Source: Camelus dromedarius
Taxonomy: Eukaryota
NCBI RefSeq assembly: GCF_036321535.1
Contig: NC_087472.1
Location: 96,970,001-97,034,000 of the forward strand
Reading direction: 5' to 3'
DNA: 64,000 bases
Part shown: positions 12,986-26,035 of the stretch, piece after piece
Layout: the number at the start of each line of letters is the position of its first letter
Position numbering within the stretch: position 1 is the stretch's first letter
The notes under the pieces: generated by a model
What the model was told of the DNA's origin: nothing
The model's database searches: none
The model's input: the letters and a program-made list of their open reading frames with translations, nothing else
Translations under genes and position numbers: made by a program

Positions 12986-13949
12986 TATTTTTCTAATATA
13001 TAATGAACACAGAGATGCACACTTCTGCCATCTTTTCTGTGTTTGTCCCTCTGGTGCTGGACTTGGTAGGAGGGACAGGAGAATAAAAAACCCAGATGCT
13101 CTTTGATGTGATTTTCCAGGACAAATTGACTGTCTTCTTTATTGTGGTCACAACTGCTTTTCCCATACCCGAGCAGTAACACTTTTGGTACTAGGAAGAA
13201 TGGTATTCCTTTCTGTGTATCACCCCAGTAGATCTTTCTCATTTGTAGGTTTGGTATGGATTGGTTGTGTCCCTAACAGGCCTGTTCGAGTGGTGTTTAA
13301 TCCCAAGAACCTTTCCTAGGCTTTGGTGGTCCTTTGGCAATTTCACCTACCTCTTCTGACTGGCGCCCTCATGGCTCTTTTCTCAGATCTTCTTTGTGTC
13401 CTGTTGCTTTGGCTCACAGAAAGTGGATAGACCCCATCTCTCTTCTCTCATTCGTGTCTCTAGCTGTGGTGACACTAATATATTCCAATTTCTGTATGTC
13501 TTTTGAGACCCGGGAACTTTAGGAGAGCAGTCCTTACTGACTTTCTACCTGGTCATTCTATAACGCTTTAGATCCCCCTTCTTTCAGAATCTATCAACTT
13601 AAAAATGAATTATTTTGTCTCCTTCTTCTCACTTAGTTTCAAGGGCAGGAATATGTCTAGTCTCCCCTTCTTTAAAGTAGAGTAAAGGCTAGCTTCTGTT
13701 TATAAATACCATGTTCTCCTTAAAAGGCACATTTCCTTTTCCCTCACAGTCTTGCTTTTTGTATCAGTTTAGCTTGTCTTGTACCTAAAGGGAGACTAGA
13801 AATTTTACACTAAGGATGAGGCCTTTATTAAATTTGAAATTGGAGAAAAAAAGTAACTTTTCTCTCAACAGGGTTTTTAAAGATCTTTGGTACTATCCTT
13901 GCATTTGTTAAACATTGAGATAAGTTAAACATTTTAATAATCATCTCAT

Positions 13950-14980
13950 AACGACAACCCTACAGAATGGGAGAAAATTTTTGCAAATGAAACTGACAAA
14001 GGCTTGATCTCCAGAATGTATAAGCAGCTCATACGACTTAATAAGAAAAAAATAAACAACCCAATCCAAAAATGGGCAGAAGACCTAAACAAGCAATTCT
14101 CCAAGGAAGACATACAAATGATCAATAGGCACATGAAAAAATGCTCAATATCACTAATTACCAGAGAAATGCAAATCAAAACTACAATGAGATATCACCT
14201 CACACCAGTCAGAATGGCCATCATTCAAAAGCCCACAAATGACAAATGCTGGAGAGGCTGTGGAGAACGGGGAACCCTCCTACACTGCTGGTGGGAATGC
14301 AGGTTGGTGCAGCCACTGTGGAAAACAGTATGGAGATTCCTCAAAAGACTAGGAATAGACTTACCATATGACCCAGGAATCCCACTCCTGGGCTTGTATC
14401 CAGAAGGAACCCTACTTCAGGATGACACCTGCACCCCAATGTTCATAGCAGCACTGTTTACAATAGCCAAAACATGGAAACAGCCTAAATGTCCATCGAC
14501 AGATGACTGGATAAAGAAGAGGTGGTATATTTATACAATGGAATACTACTCAGCCATAAAAACTGACAACATAATGCCATTTGCAGTGACATAGATGTTC
14601 CTGGAGAATGTCATTCTAGGTGAAGTAAGCCAGAAAGAGAAAGAAAAATACCAGATGAAATTGCTCATATGTGGAGTCTAAAAAAAAAAACATAAATACA
14701 AAACAGAAACAGACTCATAGACATAGAATACAAACTTGTGGTTGCCAAGGGGGCAGGGGGTGGGAAGGGACAGACTGGGATTGTAAAATGTAGAATAGAT
14801 AAACAAGATTATACTGTATAGCACAGGGAAATATATACAAGATCTTGTGGTAGCTCACAGTGAAAGAAAATGTGACAATGAATATATGTATGTTTATATA
14901 TAACTGAAAAATTGTGCTCTACACTGGAATTTGACACAACATTGTAAAATGACTATTACTTAGTTTAAAAATGTTTAAAA
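13950..14980 (+). mobile_element. Young 5'-truncated L1 (ORF2 C-terminal CCHC region plus 3' UTR)
   Basis: Open ORF2 frame 14004-14594 including [18 protein letters not shown]; perfect 14-bp TSD AATAATCATCTCAT (13936-13949 / 14981-14994). Confidence 0.96.
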
Positions 14981-15616
14981 AATAATCATCTCATGATATT
15001 TTGTCACATTTTGAATATTTTTTTCCAGTGTTAAAATAGTTCCAGGTACAAGGTATAAAACTTAAGAACTTCTAAAGCAACTTGAACTTGCTTCAGAGAT
15101 GGGAATTTACTCAAAGAATACTTGTTAGTGGATGTAATTTGAGGGCGGAATTATGGAAGGATATGATAGAGGTGGGCTTCCAGAACAACTTGAACAACTC
15201 TGAAGACTTCCTTCATCTCTCATCTTTCTTCTTTCTACAGACCATCTCCATCCAAAAGTGGATTTGTAATGGAGTCTTATGTTTATGGTAGCTGAAGTTG
15301 TAAGAAGATGTATAAATGTAAAAATCCTGAGAAAGGGGCTCATTGACCCAGCTTAGGCCAGGTGCCCTTTTCTGGGTCAATCAAATATGGTTGGAAGGTG
15401 GGATCACATGATAACATGACTACTCCTCCTGCCACAATGTAGGTGGGGTTGGAAATAGCAAAACAGAGAGAGGAGAGGAAAGCTAGGCATTTAACCTTAT
15501 TGATGTGCACTCCATGTACATATATACACTCATATTTTTAATAACATTATGATCATCTGTACACACATTTTTGTATTGTACTGTTTAAATCTTATATTAT
15601 AATACTGTATATAGAT

Positions 15617-16062
15617 TGTATTTGTTTCCTTGGGCTACAGTAACAAATTATAAACTGGTTAGCTTAAAGCAACAGAAATTAATTCTCTTACAGTTCCGAG
15701 GGACAGAAATATGAAATCAGGTGTGGGCAGGGCTGGTTCCTTCTGGAGGCTTTGAGGGAGAAACCATCCCATGTCCCTCTCCTACCTTCTGGTGGTGGCC
15801 AGCAATCCTTGGCAATCACTGGCTTGTACACATGTGACTTCAGTCTCTACCTTTGTCTTCATATGACATTCTCCTTATGTGTCTTGTGTCCAGATCTCCT
15901 TTTAAAAGGACACTAGTTATTGGGTTAGGGCCCACTCTAATCCAGGATGATGTCATCTTAACTTGATTATATCTGTAAAGATCATACTTCTGAATAAGAT
16001 CACATTCACAGGTTCTGGGTAGCCATGAAGTTTGGGGGGTATATACTGTGCAATGCAATACA
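15617..16062 (-). mobile_element. MLT1 (B/C-like) MaLR solo LTR
   Basis: TGTATTTGTTTCCTTGGGCTACAGTAACAAATT...CAACAGAAATT...TGGTTCCTTCTGGAGGCT...GGGCCCACTCTAATCCAGGATGA. Confidence 0.8.
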
Positions 16063-17458
16063 AGTGTGTGTATATATATATTATTTTTTTTTTTGGTCAG
16101 TAAAAAGGTATATATATATATCCTTCTGAAGCATGCTTGTTAGTGTCTGCATGTTTTTTCATCATATGGTTAACTATAAGTTATTTTTTTAATTTTTGCC
16201 ATCTAGGCTATTATTAATGCATTTCTATTCTAACACTGCAATAAACATTCTTGTAAATAAGTCCTTGTGTGCATCTCCAGAAAGTTCCCTGCAACACATT
16301 CTTAGGTGTGGAATTCAGGATTGGTTCCATTACTTTTAATGTAACCTTTTATAAGACACTTCTTGTAAAAGCGTTTTGGCAAAGAAATTACAGACAACTT
16401 CCTGTTCCAAGGCTAGAATTCTAGGTAGTGTCATTCTTTGTTTTTGAATTAAAAAAAAATTTCAAAACCTAAAAGGGAAATACCTCTACTGAAATAAACA
16501 AACCCACATACAAATACACAAATACTTTTCCCCTTCTTTGACAGACACTGCCTAGCTGGCTTCCTATAGACCTCTTACATGGTTGTGCTTAAAACTTATG
16601 CATAAGGAAAAGTAGTCAAAACCACATTTCATTAATTACCAAAAACACCAGTCAACCATGATCATTTCAATGAGTTATGTACTGTTTGTTCCTACAGTAT
16701 CGACCTCTTGTCAGTGCAAAAAGAGAAGGCCTTTGTGAAATCTTTTTTTTTGTTATATTATCGAAATAAAATTTGTGTCATAGTATTGTGAATGTCTACC
16801 TATGAAGTATTTCTGGTACTTGTAATAGCTACTGTTGGTTGAAGTGGAGTCATAGCCAAGGGTCAAGCTTTGTCATTTATTTAGAAGGCAAGTTTGTTAC
16901 TATTGGAATTCCTCCTATACAGCTTAGGAGAAATTCATAGGAAATGCCTGGAACTTATTTCGGATGCCAAACTAACCTTTTTGGCTTGGTTTGCATGTAG
17001 CAGTCACTTTGGATAAGCCAGTTTGGTTACTTGAATATATTTTTTATGTAAGTTTAAGAAAAACTCACTAACTTTTATACTAATTTCTGAATCTTTGGCA
17101 TGGAGAAAGCTTTCTGGTGATTCTGTTGTTTGGGAGAAATGATTTATTTAAAACCTGAGGACCGAATTATGGAAAAGTCATCAAGTGGCATCACTGTTGC
17201 TCCCAATGGCATTGTTTTCTGGTAGAGCCAAATGTCATGATCAACAGCTTTATGATTACTTTTAAAGCATTGCTAGGTGGGGTTGCAAAAAAATTACATT
17301 GGCTTCATGGCGTTTGCATTGGCTTATCTACATTGGTTTAAAATTCGTTAGACAAGCAATGTCCTGAAGCAAATGCAGTCAAGTACACCCTATGTACAAA
17401 TTTTGGTATCAGGGTTATTCTGGCCTTATAAATCAAGTTGAAGGTTCCTTCCTCCTAG

Positions 17459-18283
17459 TGAAACTGATTCCCTCTAAAACTGAGTTCCCCTCTGGAGTTT
17501 ATGATTAATCTTTCTGTCCAAAACTTTATTCCTTTTCTTGCCCCACCCCTATTTCCCTCAGGATTGAGGAATATCAGAGAAAAGAGGGGATTGAAACTAA
17601 GCAAGACCTTCTTGGGTACAAAAGCTCCTCTGTGTCCCCTGATTCTAGTTTGTAGAAAAAAGGCTTTAGTCTCCTAGGCCTTCTCTGAGTTCCAAATAGC
17701 ACACTCAGGCAGTTAATGATTAGAACAATAGAGTCACAGGACTCCTAGTTCCTCTTGAAGGGAGATCAGTAACAATATGATGCATATCTCTGAGTTGTTT
17801 TGTAGAAACTAAGACCCCTCACCCAGTGGAGGATTGTGACTCCATGCTGACCTCAAGCACACAGATCCCAAACTGGTTGGAACCAGAAGATTGATGATTG
17901 AGATTCCCAGAACATTACCCTATTACCTCATCACCAATCAATTAGAAGAAGGTCCACAAGCTGGTCATTCATCCTATGACCTTCTCTCCTAACACTGGCT
18001 TTAAAAACCCTTGCTTAAATGAATATATGTATGTTCATGTATAACTGAAAAATTGTGCTCTACACTGGAATTTGACACAACATTGTAAAATGCCTATAAC
18101 TAAATAAAAAAAGCAGTTAAAAAACCCTTGCTTAAAAGCCATCGGGGAGTTCAGGTTGAGCTGCCCATTCTCCTTGCTTGGTGCCCTGCAATAAATGCTG
18201 GACTTTCCCTCAACAAAACCTGATGTCAGTAGATTGGTTTTGCTGTGTGTTGGTTGAGCAGACCTGAGTTTGATTCAGTAACA
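17459..18283 (+). mobile_element. ERV1-type solo LTR
   Basis: TGAAACTG...CAGTAACA ends; AATAAA at about 18190; flanks CTAG/GTAG (4 bp, one mismatch). Confidence 0.75.
18020..18119 (+). mobile_element. About 100-bp 3' terminus of the young L1 family, inserted in the LTR
   Basis: Matches 14879-14960; TSD AAAAACCCTTGCTTAAA (18003-18019 / 18120-18136). Confidence 0.9.
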
Positions 18284-21200
18284 GTAGGTTTTCTGAAAGA
18301 TTTTGTGTAAGATTTCTATAATTCTTTCTTAAATGTTTGATATCATTCACAGGTGAAGCCAAACTTGCCTTCAGTTTTCTTTGTAGGTAAGTTCATAATT
18401 TCTTTAAAAGATATAAGACTATTAAGATTTTTAATTTCTTTTGTTAGTTTTTATAAATTATAAATTTTGTTATTTTGGTTTTCAAGGCATTTTGTTCATT
18501 TATGTTGTCAAATTTATTGTTATAAAATTGTTCAAATATTTCCATATTACCTTTTAATACCTGTAGTATCTGTGGTGATATCCTCACTTTCATTCCTGGC
18601 ATTAATAATTTATATTTTCTCTGATTTTTTATTTGTCAGCCCAGCTAGAGGTTTATCAATTTTATTAACCATTTAGACAGCCAAGTTTTAGCTTTTGTTT
18701 TTCTGTTTTCTGTTTTACTGATTTCTCTTTTTATTTTTATTAGTTTATATCTTCAACTTACTTTGGGTTTTGTTTGCTCCTTTTTAATTCTAGCTGCTTA
18801 AGGTGGCAGGTTTCTTTTTTCCTAATATAAACATTTTAAAGCCATAGGTTTCCTTCTAAATACTCCTTTGATAAATCCTACAAATCTTGATATGTTGTAT
18901 TTTTGTTATCATATAGTTCAAAATATTTACCATTTTTTTGGTGATTACTTTCTACCCATGGCTTCTTTAGAACAAATGGCTTAATTTGCAAATACTGCCA
19001 GATTCTATAGTATCTCTTTGTTACTGATTTTTAAATAAGTTCTGTGGTCAGAAAATAAATTCTGTTTCATTCTATCTTTTGAAACATATTGAGAGTTGCT
19101 TTGTAACACAGCATATCTTGGTGAATGTTTTCTTTGCTCTTGAAAAGAATTGTTTATCTGCATTTGTTGAGTGCAGGGTTCTACATGTGTTAATTAGGTC
19201 TAGTTGGTTGGTAGTATTCTTGAAGTCTTCCATGCCTTGACTTATTTTCTCCCTTCATTCTGTTTTATTACTGAGAGAAAGAGAGAGAGAGGCAGAGACA
19301 AGGAGACAGACACACATAGAGGTGTTAAAATTGCAACTATGATTATAGTCTATTTCTCCTTTTAGTTTGCACAATTTTTGCTTAATACATTTTGAAGTTC
19401 TGTTATAAGGTGCATAGTGATTTAAAATTGTGTCTTCCTGATTAATGCCTTTTTAAAAAAACATTGTAAAATGAACCTTTTTATCTTTAGCAAAACTCCT
19501 TGTCTTGAAATTCACTTTGTCTGAGTTTCATATAGCTTAGTGTTTGTATGATATGTCCTTTCCTTTTTATATTATTTGTGTCTTTATATTTTTAAAGATG
19601 TCTTTTACAAATACCATATAGTTGGATCTTGCTTTTCTGAAAAATCTGGTCTGGAAACCTCTGTCTAATTGGAGTGTTTAGTTCATTTTTATCCAATGTA
19701 ATTTTTAATATGGTTAGATTTAAGTTTACCATCTTGATGTTTGTCTGTCTCCTCCATTCTTTTCCTGTATCCTCTAAGTTAATTATAGTTTTAAAAACTT
19801 TTATTTTTTAGTATTCCATTCTACTCTCTCATTTGGCTTTTAAAACCATACCTCTGTGTATTATTTTTTAAGTGGGTGCACTGCGGATTTCAATACGCAA
19901 TCCTAACTTATTGTAGTCTACCTTGAGTTAGTATTATACCACTTCATATATAATGTAAGAAACTTACAACAGTATAATTCCGTCTATACCCATTCCATCA
20001 TTTGTGCTGTTGTCATATATTTTACTTCTTATATGTTAGAAACTCCACAGCACACTTTAATATATTTGCTATAAAAAACTAGTAAGGTTTGTTATACAAA
20101 TATTAATATTAGTATGGACTTTATGACAAAAATTGTTACTAGAGACAAAGAAAGACATTTTATAATGATAAAAGGTTCGACCTATGAGGAATATATATAA
20201 CAATTATAGGCAAAAATAATAAGACAGGATCCCTCACCATTTCTCATCATATACTTCTACTTAGCCATAGTGAAATATTAAAACCAGGAAATTGATGTTG
20301 ATACAATACATGTATATAGTTCTGTGCCTTTTATCACATGTGTAGATCTATGTAACTACCACCACAATCAAGATAGAGAACTATTCCATCACTACAAAGA
20401 TCTCTCCCATTCTACCCCATTATAGTCACACCCATACCTCCTCTTCCCTCCCTGGTTTCTGATGAGCAATGTGTTGACATTTAAATTGGTATTCTCTATG
20501 GGTACTATTTGTCCTTTGCTGCTTTCAAGTGTTTTTCTTTGTCTTTAGTTTTTAGGAGTTTGATTATGGTGTGTCTATGCATGGATTTGTTTGAGCTTAT
20601 TTTGTTTAGGATTCACTCAGATTTTTAACTCTATAGGTTAATGCATTTTCCTAAATTTGGGAAAATTTTTGCGAGTCTTTCTTTGAATAAATTTTCTGTC
20701 TCACCTTCTTTGCCATACCTTCTGGGACTCCAGTGATCAAGATACTAGAATTTTTTTAATAGTCCCATAGGTCCTTGAGGCTCTGTTTATGTTTTTTTTC
20801 AGTCCATTTTCTCTTGGTTGTTCCAGTTGGGTGATTTCTATTGCTCTGTCTTTAGGTTCACTGATTTTCTTCTTTTGTCTTTTGACATCCTGTGGGAGAG
20901 GGACACCTTATTACTTCTGGGCAGGGGTGGAAGTTCAGGCTTCTCATTAGGCTTCCATTGCCACCCACCCTTGCTGAGAGGGAGCAAGATGCCTTGTTAT
21001 TGCTCCCTGTGTGGGCCCCCACTGAGACCACAGGGAGTGGAGTGAGATTTATGGTTATCCAGTAGGGATGAAAGTTCTAGCTCCCTACTTATACTTCACT
21101 AACATCGCCCCATTTGGGTAAAAGGAGCACCTTGTTACTGCTGGGCAAGCATCAAAATCTAGGCTCCTTATTAAACCTTTGCTGATAGGTGATGGGGCTA

Positions 21201-21334
21201 CAGTTTTTTTTGTGGTGTTAGGCTATATTTTAGATTTCATATATAAGTGATATGATATTTGTCTTTCTCTGTCTGACTTACTTCACTTAATGTAATAATC
21301 TCTAGATACATCCATGTTGCTGCAAATGGCTGTT

Positions 21335-21478
21335 TGCAGCATTTTCTGACTTCCATGGTGTAAATAGACCTGCTGTGGCCCATTTCAGGCTCCCAATATG
21401 AGGTCAGTGAAGGCAGAGTTAGAAAGAGATGCACATTTGGTGCTTAAGAGCTGGTACAAACTGGCTTCAGCACACTGC
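21335..21478. mobile_element. MER63-like hAT fragment
   Basis: TTCCATGGTGTAAATA...GAGTTAGAAAGAGATGCAC...GAGCTGGTACAAACTGGCTTCAGCACACTG. Confidence 0.55.
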
Positions 21479-21861
21479 TACAGGAATTTAGTGGGAGGGA
21501 TAAGGTGTGTCCACAAATACTCATAATATATAAGCATTGAATGAAATGGGTAAGTTAGAACTTATGAAAATTTAAAGGATGATACTATTTTTTTTTCTGG
21601 ATGTCCTAAGGTGTTTGCACATTGATGGGGTCAACATGGGTCCTAGGACTAGTCTTCATTTTGCTGAGGAGCTTCAGTTTTTCAGTTTACCCTCAACAAA
21701 GGGAGATAGCTATTTTATACAGAGCGGTCAAGCTAGGGTTCTCTGAGGAAGTGACATTTGAGCAGAGGCCTGAAGGACGTGAGGGAACAGGCCATGTGAA
21801 TGTCTGCAGGAAGGATGTGTGACGGAGTGGAAACAGGGCACTTGGACATTGATTTTCAGTA

Positions 21862-24800
21862 ACTATATTAGTTGGAATATTTTTGGGTCTTAGTAACTGA
21901 ATAGAATTCAAGTAATAATTGAAAATAATAATAAGAAAAATATATTAGCTCATATTTTAAGAAGCCCAGTAGGTGCTCAGTGTTGGGTCCTTGAGTGGTT
22001 CAGCAATGTCTCCGGGGACTCAGGTTTTCCGTCGTCCTACTCTTCCGTCCTCAGCATGCCAGCTTTTTCCCCTTCAGGCTTGCTCTCCTGATGGTTTCAA
22101 GATGGGTGCCTCAGTCTCTGGGATCATATGCAGACACAATAATATACGGTAGAAGAGCTCTTCCTCCCTTTTTGGGGGAACAGTTTAAAGTTTAATTGCT
22201 CATAAAAATAGAGAGTATAATATAAAAATTATCCGTATCCATCATCTAGATATAATCATTGTTAACGTTCTGACATATTTGCTTCATCTGTTTTCTGATG
22301 AATAATTTTAAATTACTGATGTCATGAAATTTCTTTAGAATGCATCTCTGAAAAACAGATATTCCCCTAACTAATCGCCATATTATTGTCCTACCTAAAA
22401 TTTAATAATTATTCCTTAATAGCATCTAATATTCCAGTCCATATTCAAATTTGATGATCTTCTCCAAAATATCTTTTATGATTGGTTTGTTCAAACCAAA
22501 ATGCAGTCAAGGATCATTCATTACATATTTCCTGAATCTCTTTTCATCTTAATTCTAGAACATTATATCCCTCCTTTTCTTCCCCCATAAAATTGAAATG
22601 TTAAAAGGCCCAGAAATGTCATCCTGAAAAATGACTCAAATTCAGACTTTGGTTGTTTTTTTGAAGTGTTTTTCTGTCCTCCGTATTTTCTGTAAACTGG
22701 ATGTTAGATTTAAAGAGTTGTACAAATTCAGATTAAGCATTTTTAGAAGAAATACTTCATAGGTAATGTTGTGTATTTATTAGCTCATATTAAGAGTCAT
22801 GAAATGTCTGTCCCATTCTTAGTGATGGTAAAATAAGGGGATTTCAGCCTAATCTCGCCTTTGTGAAATAACATTTTGTAATAACATTTTCCTTGCAACT
22901 AGTAAATAATTTGGGGTTTGATACTTTGGCCCTGGATGTAACTATCCAGTTCCCCATTAACTTTTTTTAACCTAATGGCTTTAGCTTCCACTGAAGATAG
23001 TTGCCTGAATCAATGATTTCATTAACATTTTACAAAATGATTATTAGCTGAAATCCTTATGAAAAAAGGAGAATCAACTGGTACTGTTTATTAGGTTACC
23101 CTCCGTTAAGTACTAGAAAGGCAAGATAAATGATTGACTCTTAACTTTTAATTACCAATTTTCAAAGTAAGGTTTTGGTGTAATGGTGACAATTGAACTT
23201 GTTTGTTTTGCCTTTCTTTTAAAATATATTATTTTGAGCTCATGGATTTTTATGTATTCAAAAGGTTTAAATCTATTATAATCTTTATTCTTTTTTTCCT
23301 ATATGTATGATTCTATCTATCCAATTTATTAAAAATTGAAATAAACATAATAATCAAACTAATGCTCCAAAACTTAAACTATTCATATGGAAGACACTAC
23401 AAGAGAAGACATAATAGAGACTGTCCTGCAATAAGAAGTACAAATTCCTTCTACAGAGATGGAGAAATAAAAGGACAAATCTAGTTGTCTAAAAGACAAT
23501 TCACTGTACACATTTTTTTTTACAGTTTTGTACACTGTCTTAATATGAATGGGACCGCTTTTCTACTTGAGCCATTTTTTTTTAACCAAAGCAAAATAAC
23601 CTAAGTAATGCAAAGTGTTAAAATATAGCATAAAGATATAAAAATAGACATACTAATTCTAATTAGGAATGTAATTATGATGTTACATTTTTTATAATCC
23701 ACAACTATGTTAAGGAAATCACACAAACATAAATAACTGATTTGAATGAAATGCATGAATTTATAGCAAAGCTTTGTAGTTACAAAAACCAAAAATATTA
23801 CCAAAGAATGCACAAAATTAATGTTTATTCCACCTTTGTGTCATATTCCTGGATCCTTCACCAATGTTACATGAGGGAAAAACAAAAGCAAAACAAATGA
23901 AAAACTGAAATCAGAATCACTAATGTTACCAAGTAGGGAAACAAAATCTAGCAGCCATCAGCAAGAGTACAGCACAGACAATGCTATAAAAAGAAACAAA
24001 GAAAATTTCTAGAAAACTGTATGCATCATACTCTTTAAAACTAGCAAAATATGCTCCTGTATACAATGGAATATAAATAGAATCTTTCTCCTGTAAGATA
24101 CAGAAATGCAAATTCTTTTTTTAATATTGTGGGTGGGTCAAATGTGTTTGTAATGGTTAATTATACTCAGCTATTGCAGAGTGAGCCAGGAACACATTTA
24201 TGGATTCTGGGGACGATGTGTACCGTAATTTTTTGATGGGGATAGTGGACACTCTAGCCAAAATTAAAAAAAAAATGAACACACAAGTACAAGACAAAGG
24301 CAAATGAGACTTCTCTTATATCTTAGCAACATTTAGATGGAAATCAAATTTAAATGCAGTGCACTCTGCTTTTGAAGAGGCTTTGGTTCAGCTCCCAAAT
24401 CTTGATTGCTTGATTGAGTCTCCTATGAGAATACTCAGAAGGTGTCTTTTTAAACAACAAACCTATTTTTAGTGGTGGAGCCGCTCTTAGTAGCTATGTC
24501 GGCATGGGACTGATAACCAATCACTATCTGTGGAGGAAGTCCTAACCTTTCCTTATATACCCTCCCTATATGTGTAACAGCTTCTCTGTTTTCACATTCA
24601 GTAGTCCATATTGCTATATTATCACCTTTAGCTCTAACATTAACAACAGCTCCACATACATCATCACTGTAGTCATCAAAAGATTCTCCATTAAGGCACA
24701 GCAGTGTCTCTAGCCAAAAGCGATCCAGGTCACTTTGTCTCTGCTGTTTGTTCAATGTTATTAGCCATCCTCCTCGTTTGTTTTTCTCATCTTCCCACAT

Positions 24801-25570
24801 GGGCTCAATACCATCCTTAAAAAGTGAGTAGTCACAGCCAGGCATTAAATTACTAGACAACTGGATATGGTTGTACAGAGCCCAAAAGTCTTCAACAGTA
24901 TCAAACTTAGACAGTTTGCTTGCCAAGTTTTGCTTTTGTCATTTTTAAAAAACCAGAGTGCCCATCTGTTCTGTAAAGGATGTTTAATATAGTGTTCTGG
25001 GTTAGCAACCTCCTGATTAGATTCTGTTATCTCTTCTGTAGGCGGGGGATTAGGAGTAGGGGTGGTTTCCGGTTCCACAGTCGCCATCTTAGATCGATCT
25101 CTATAATCTTTATTCTTTTGTTACTCAAGTTGTCCTATTTTGGATCAGGAGGAGACCTTTCCTAGTGGCTATTGTGTGTCCTTTTGATATGACTCCATTC
25201 ATCTTTGAAAGCTCTTTTGCTTCCCCACAAAACAAAATTTCCCAGGCTTACTTTGTACATTCTCTGTCCCAGATCTGAAATTAGCAATTTCTTAAAAGGT
25301 GCCTTAGTCATTGTGTTTCTCATTAAAAGTGAAGAAACTTTTTCAATAAGCCCCTTAGCATACTTCACCTCTTATTTCATTGGTTAGAACTGATTTAAAT
25401 GCCCATTCCTAAAACACTCCCTGGTTAGAGGAATGGGATTCCTGTGTTTGATTTAGTAAAGCACATAACTATGTAGAGGAGGGTTAGAGGTTCCATTAGA
25501 AAGGATAAAGGCAGGGCAGATAAAGTGGAGTAAATAGTTGCTGGGTAGCAAATCCAGTGTCTTCTACACT
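21862..25570 (-). mobile_element. MLT1(J/K-like) LTR split by an old L1MC-like 3' fragment (about 22175-25300), which hosts the EIF4E retrocopy
   Basis: MLT-like halves at about 21862-22170 and 25310-25570 (TCATTGGTTAGAACTG...GGAATGGGATT...TCTACA); L1MC-like CCCAGGCTTACTTTGTACATTCTCTGTCCCAGATCTGAAATTAGC after the retrocopy. Confidence 0.5.
23295..25101 (-). pseudogene. EIF4E: Processed pseudogene of eukaryotic translation initiation factor 4E; full-length CDS (25087-24450) plus about 1.15 kb of 3' UTR; frameshifted
   Basis: Intronless MATVEPETTPTPNPP...HPLQNRWALWFFKNDKSKTWQAN / SKFDTVEDFWALYNHI...KSGSTTKNRFVV; 5' UTR AGATCGATCTAAG; AATAAA at 23330-23325 with a short A tail; 18-bp TSD TATAATCTTTATTCTTTT (23277-23294 / 25102-25119); net 10-nt loss near 24911. 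Confidence 0.98.
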
Positions 25571-25839
25571 AATCAGAGTCATAAGTTGCCAGTTTATTAA
25601 TTCAAGAACAATCTCTGGCAGGATAATGGCTCATAGTAATTTATACTGGGGATGGCCATTCAGAAGGCAACATCACATGTTTTCTTGATAAGAAATAGAA
25701 ATTGAATGGACTTAGGGAATAATTTCATCAGATTTTGTAGCTGATTGTAAAAGTATTTTGGTCTATGTAACTATGACAGGTTAACAGAATCAGGGCATTC
25801 TCTTGTTGGAAATATTGACATTTTACTGTTCAGCAGCAT

Positions 25840-26035
25840 TTTGGAATAAGGCATTCATGGATTGGAATGCCATCTCTTCTACCTACTAGCTGTTTATTAC
25901 CTAATCTCTCTGAGGCCTCAGTTTCTGCTTCTATAAAGTGGAAAGAGTAAAATGGATTTCATGAAATAGTTTGAAGCTTAACTGATAAAAAGCACCTAGC
26001 CCAGATGTACACATAGTATTCAATAAGTGTTAGTT
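25840..26035 (+). mobile_element. MIR
   Basis: CTCTCTGAGGCCTCAGTTTCTGCTTCTATAAAGTGGA...AAAGCACCTAGC...CACATAGTATTCAATAAGTGTTAG. Confidence 0.7.

Larger units (their letters stand above)
17400..21230 (-). mobile_element. Old L1M (ORF2 5' half towards the 5' end), interrupted by an LTR and other L1 pieces
   Basis: TTGGTATCAGGGTTATTCTGGCC before the LTR continues as TTCTGAAAGATTTTGTGTAAG...CACAGGTGAAGCC after it; T-rich antisense ORF2/ORF1-like sequence follows. Confidence 0.7.

Noticed and set aside
12688..13242. 184-aa ATG ORF fusing about 85 codons of unique sequence to L1 ORF2
   Set aside because: Chance in-frame read-through across the L1 5' junction; the N-terminal part resembles no known protein and the L1 part ends at a frameshift
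14004..14594. 196-aa ORF as a gene
   Set aside because: C-terminal fragment of L1 ORF2 in a 1-kb truncated copy, with no RT/EN domain or promoter; the same applies to 46005-46469 and 58932-59423
24450..24926. 158-aa eIF4E ORF as a functional retrogene
   Set aside because: Starts at TTG in the shifted frame, lacks the N-terminus including W56, and has an R112 deletion and K162N
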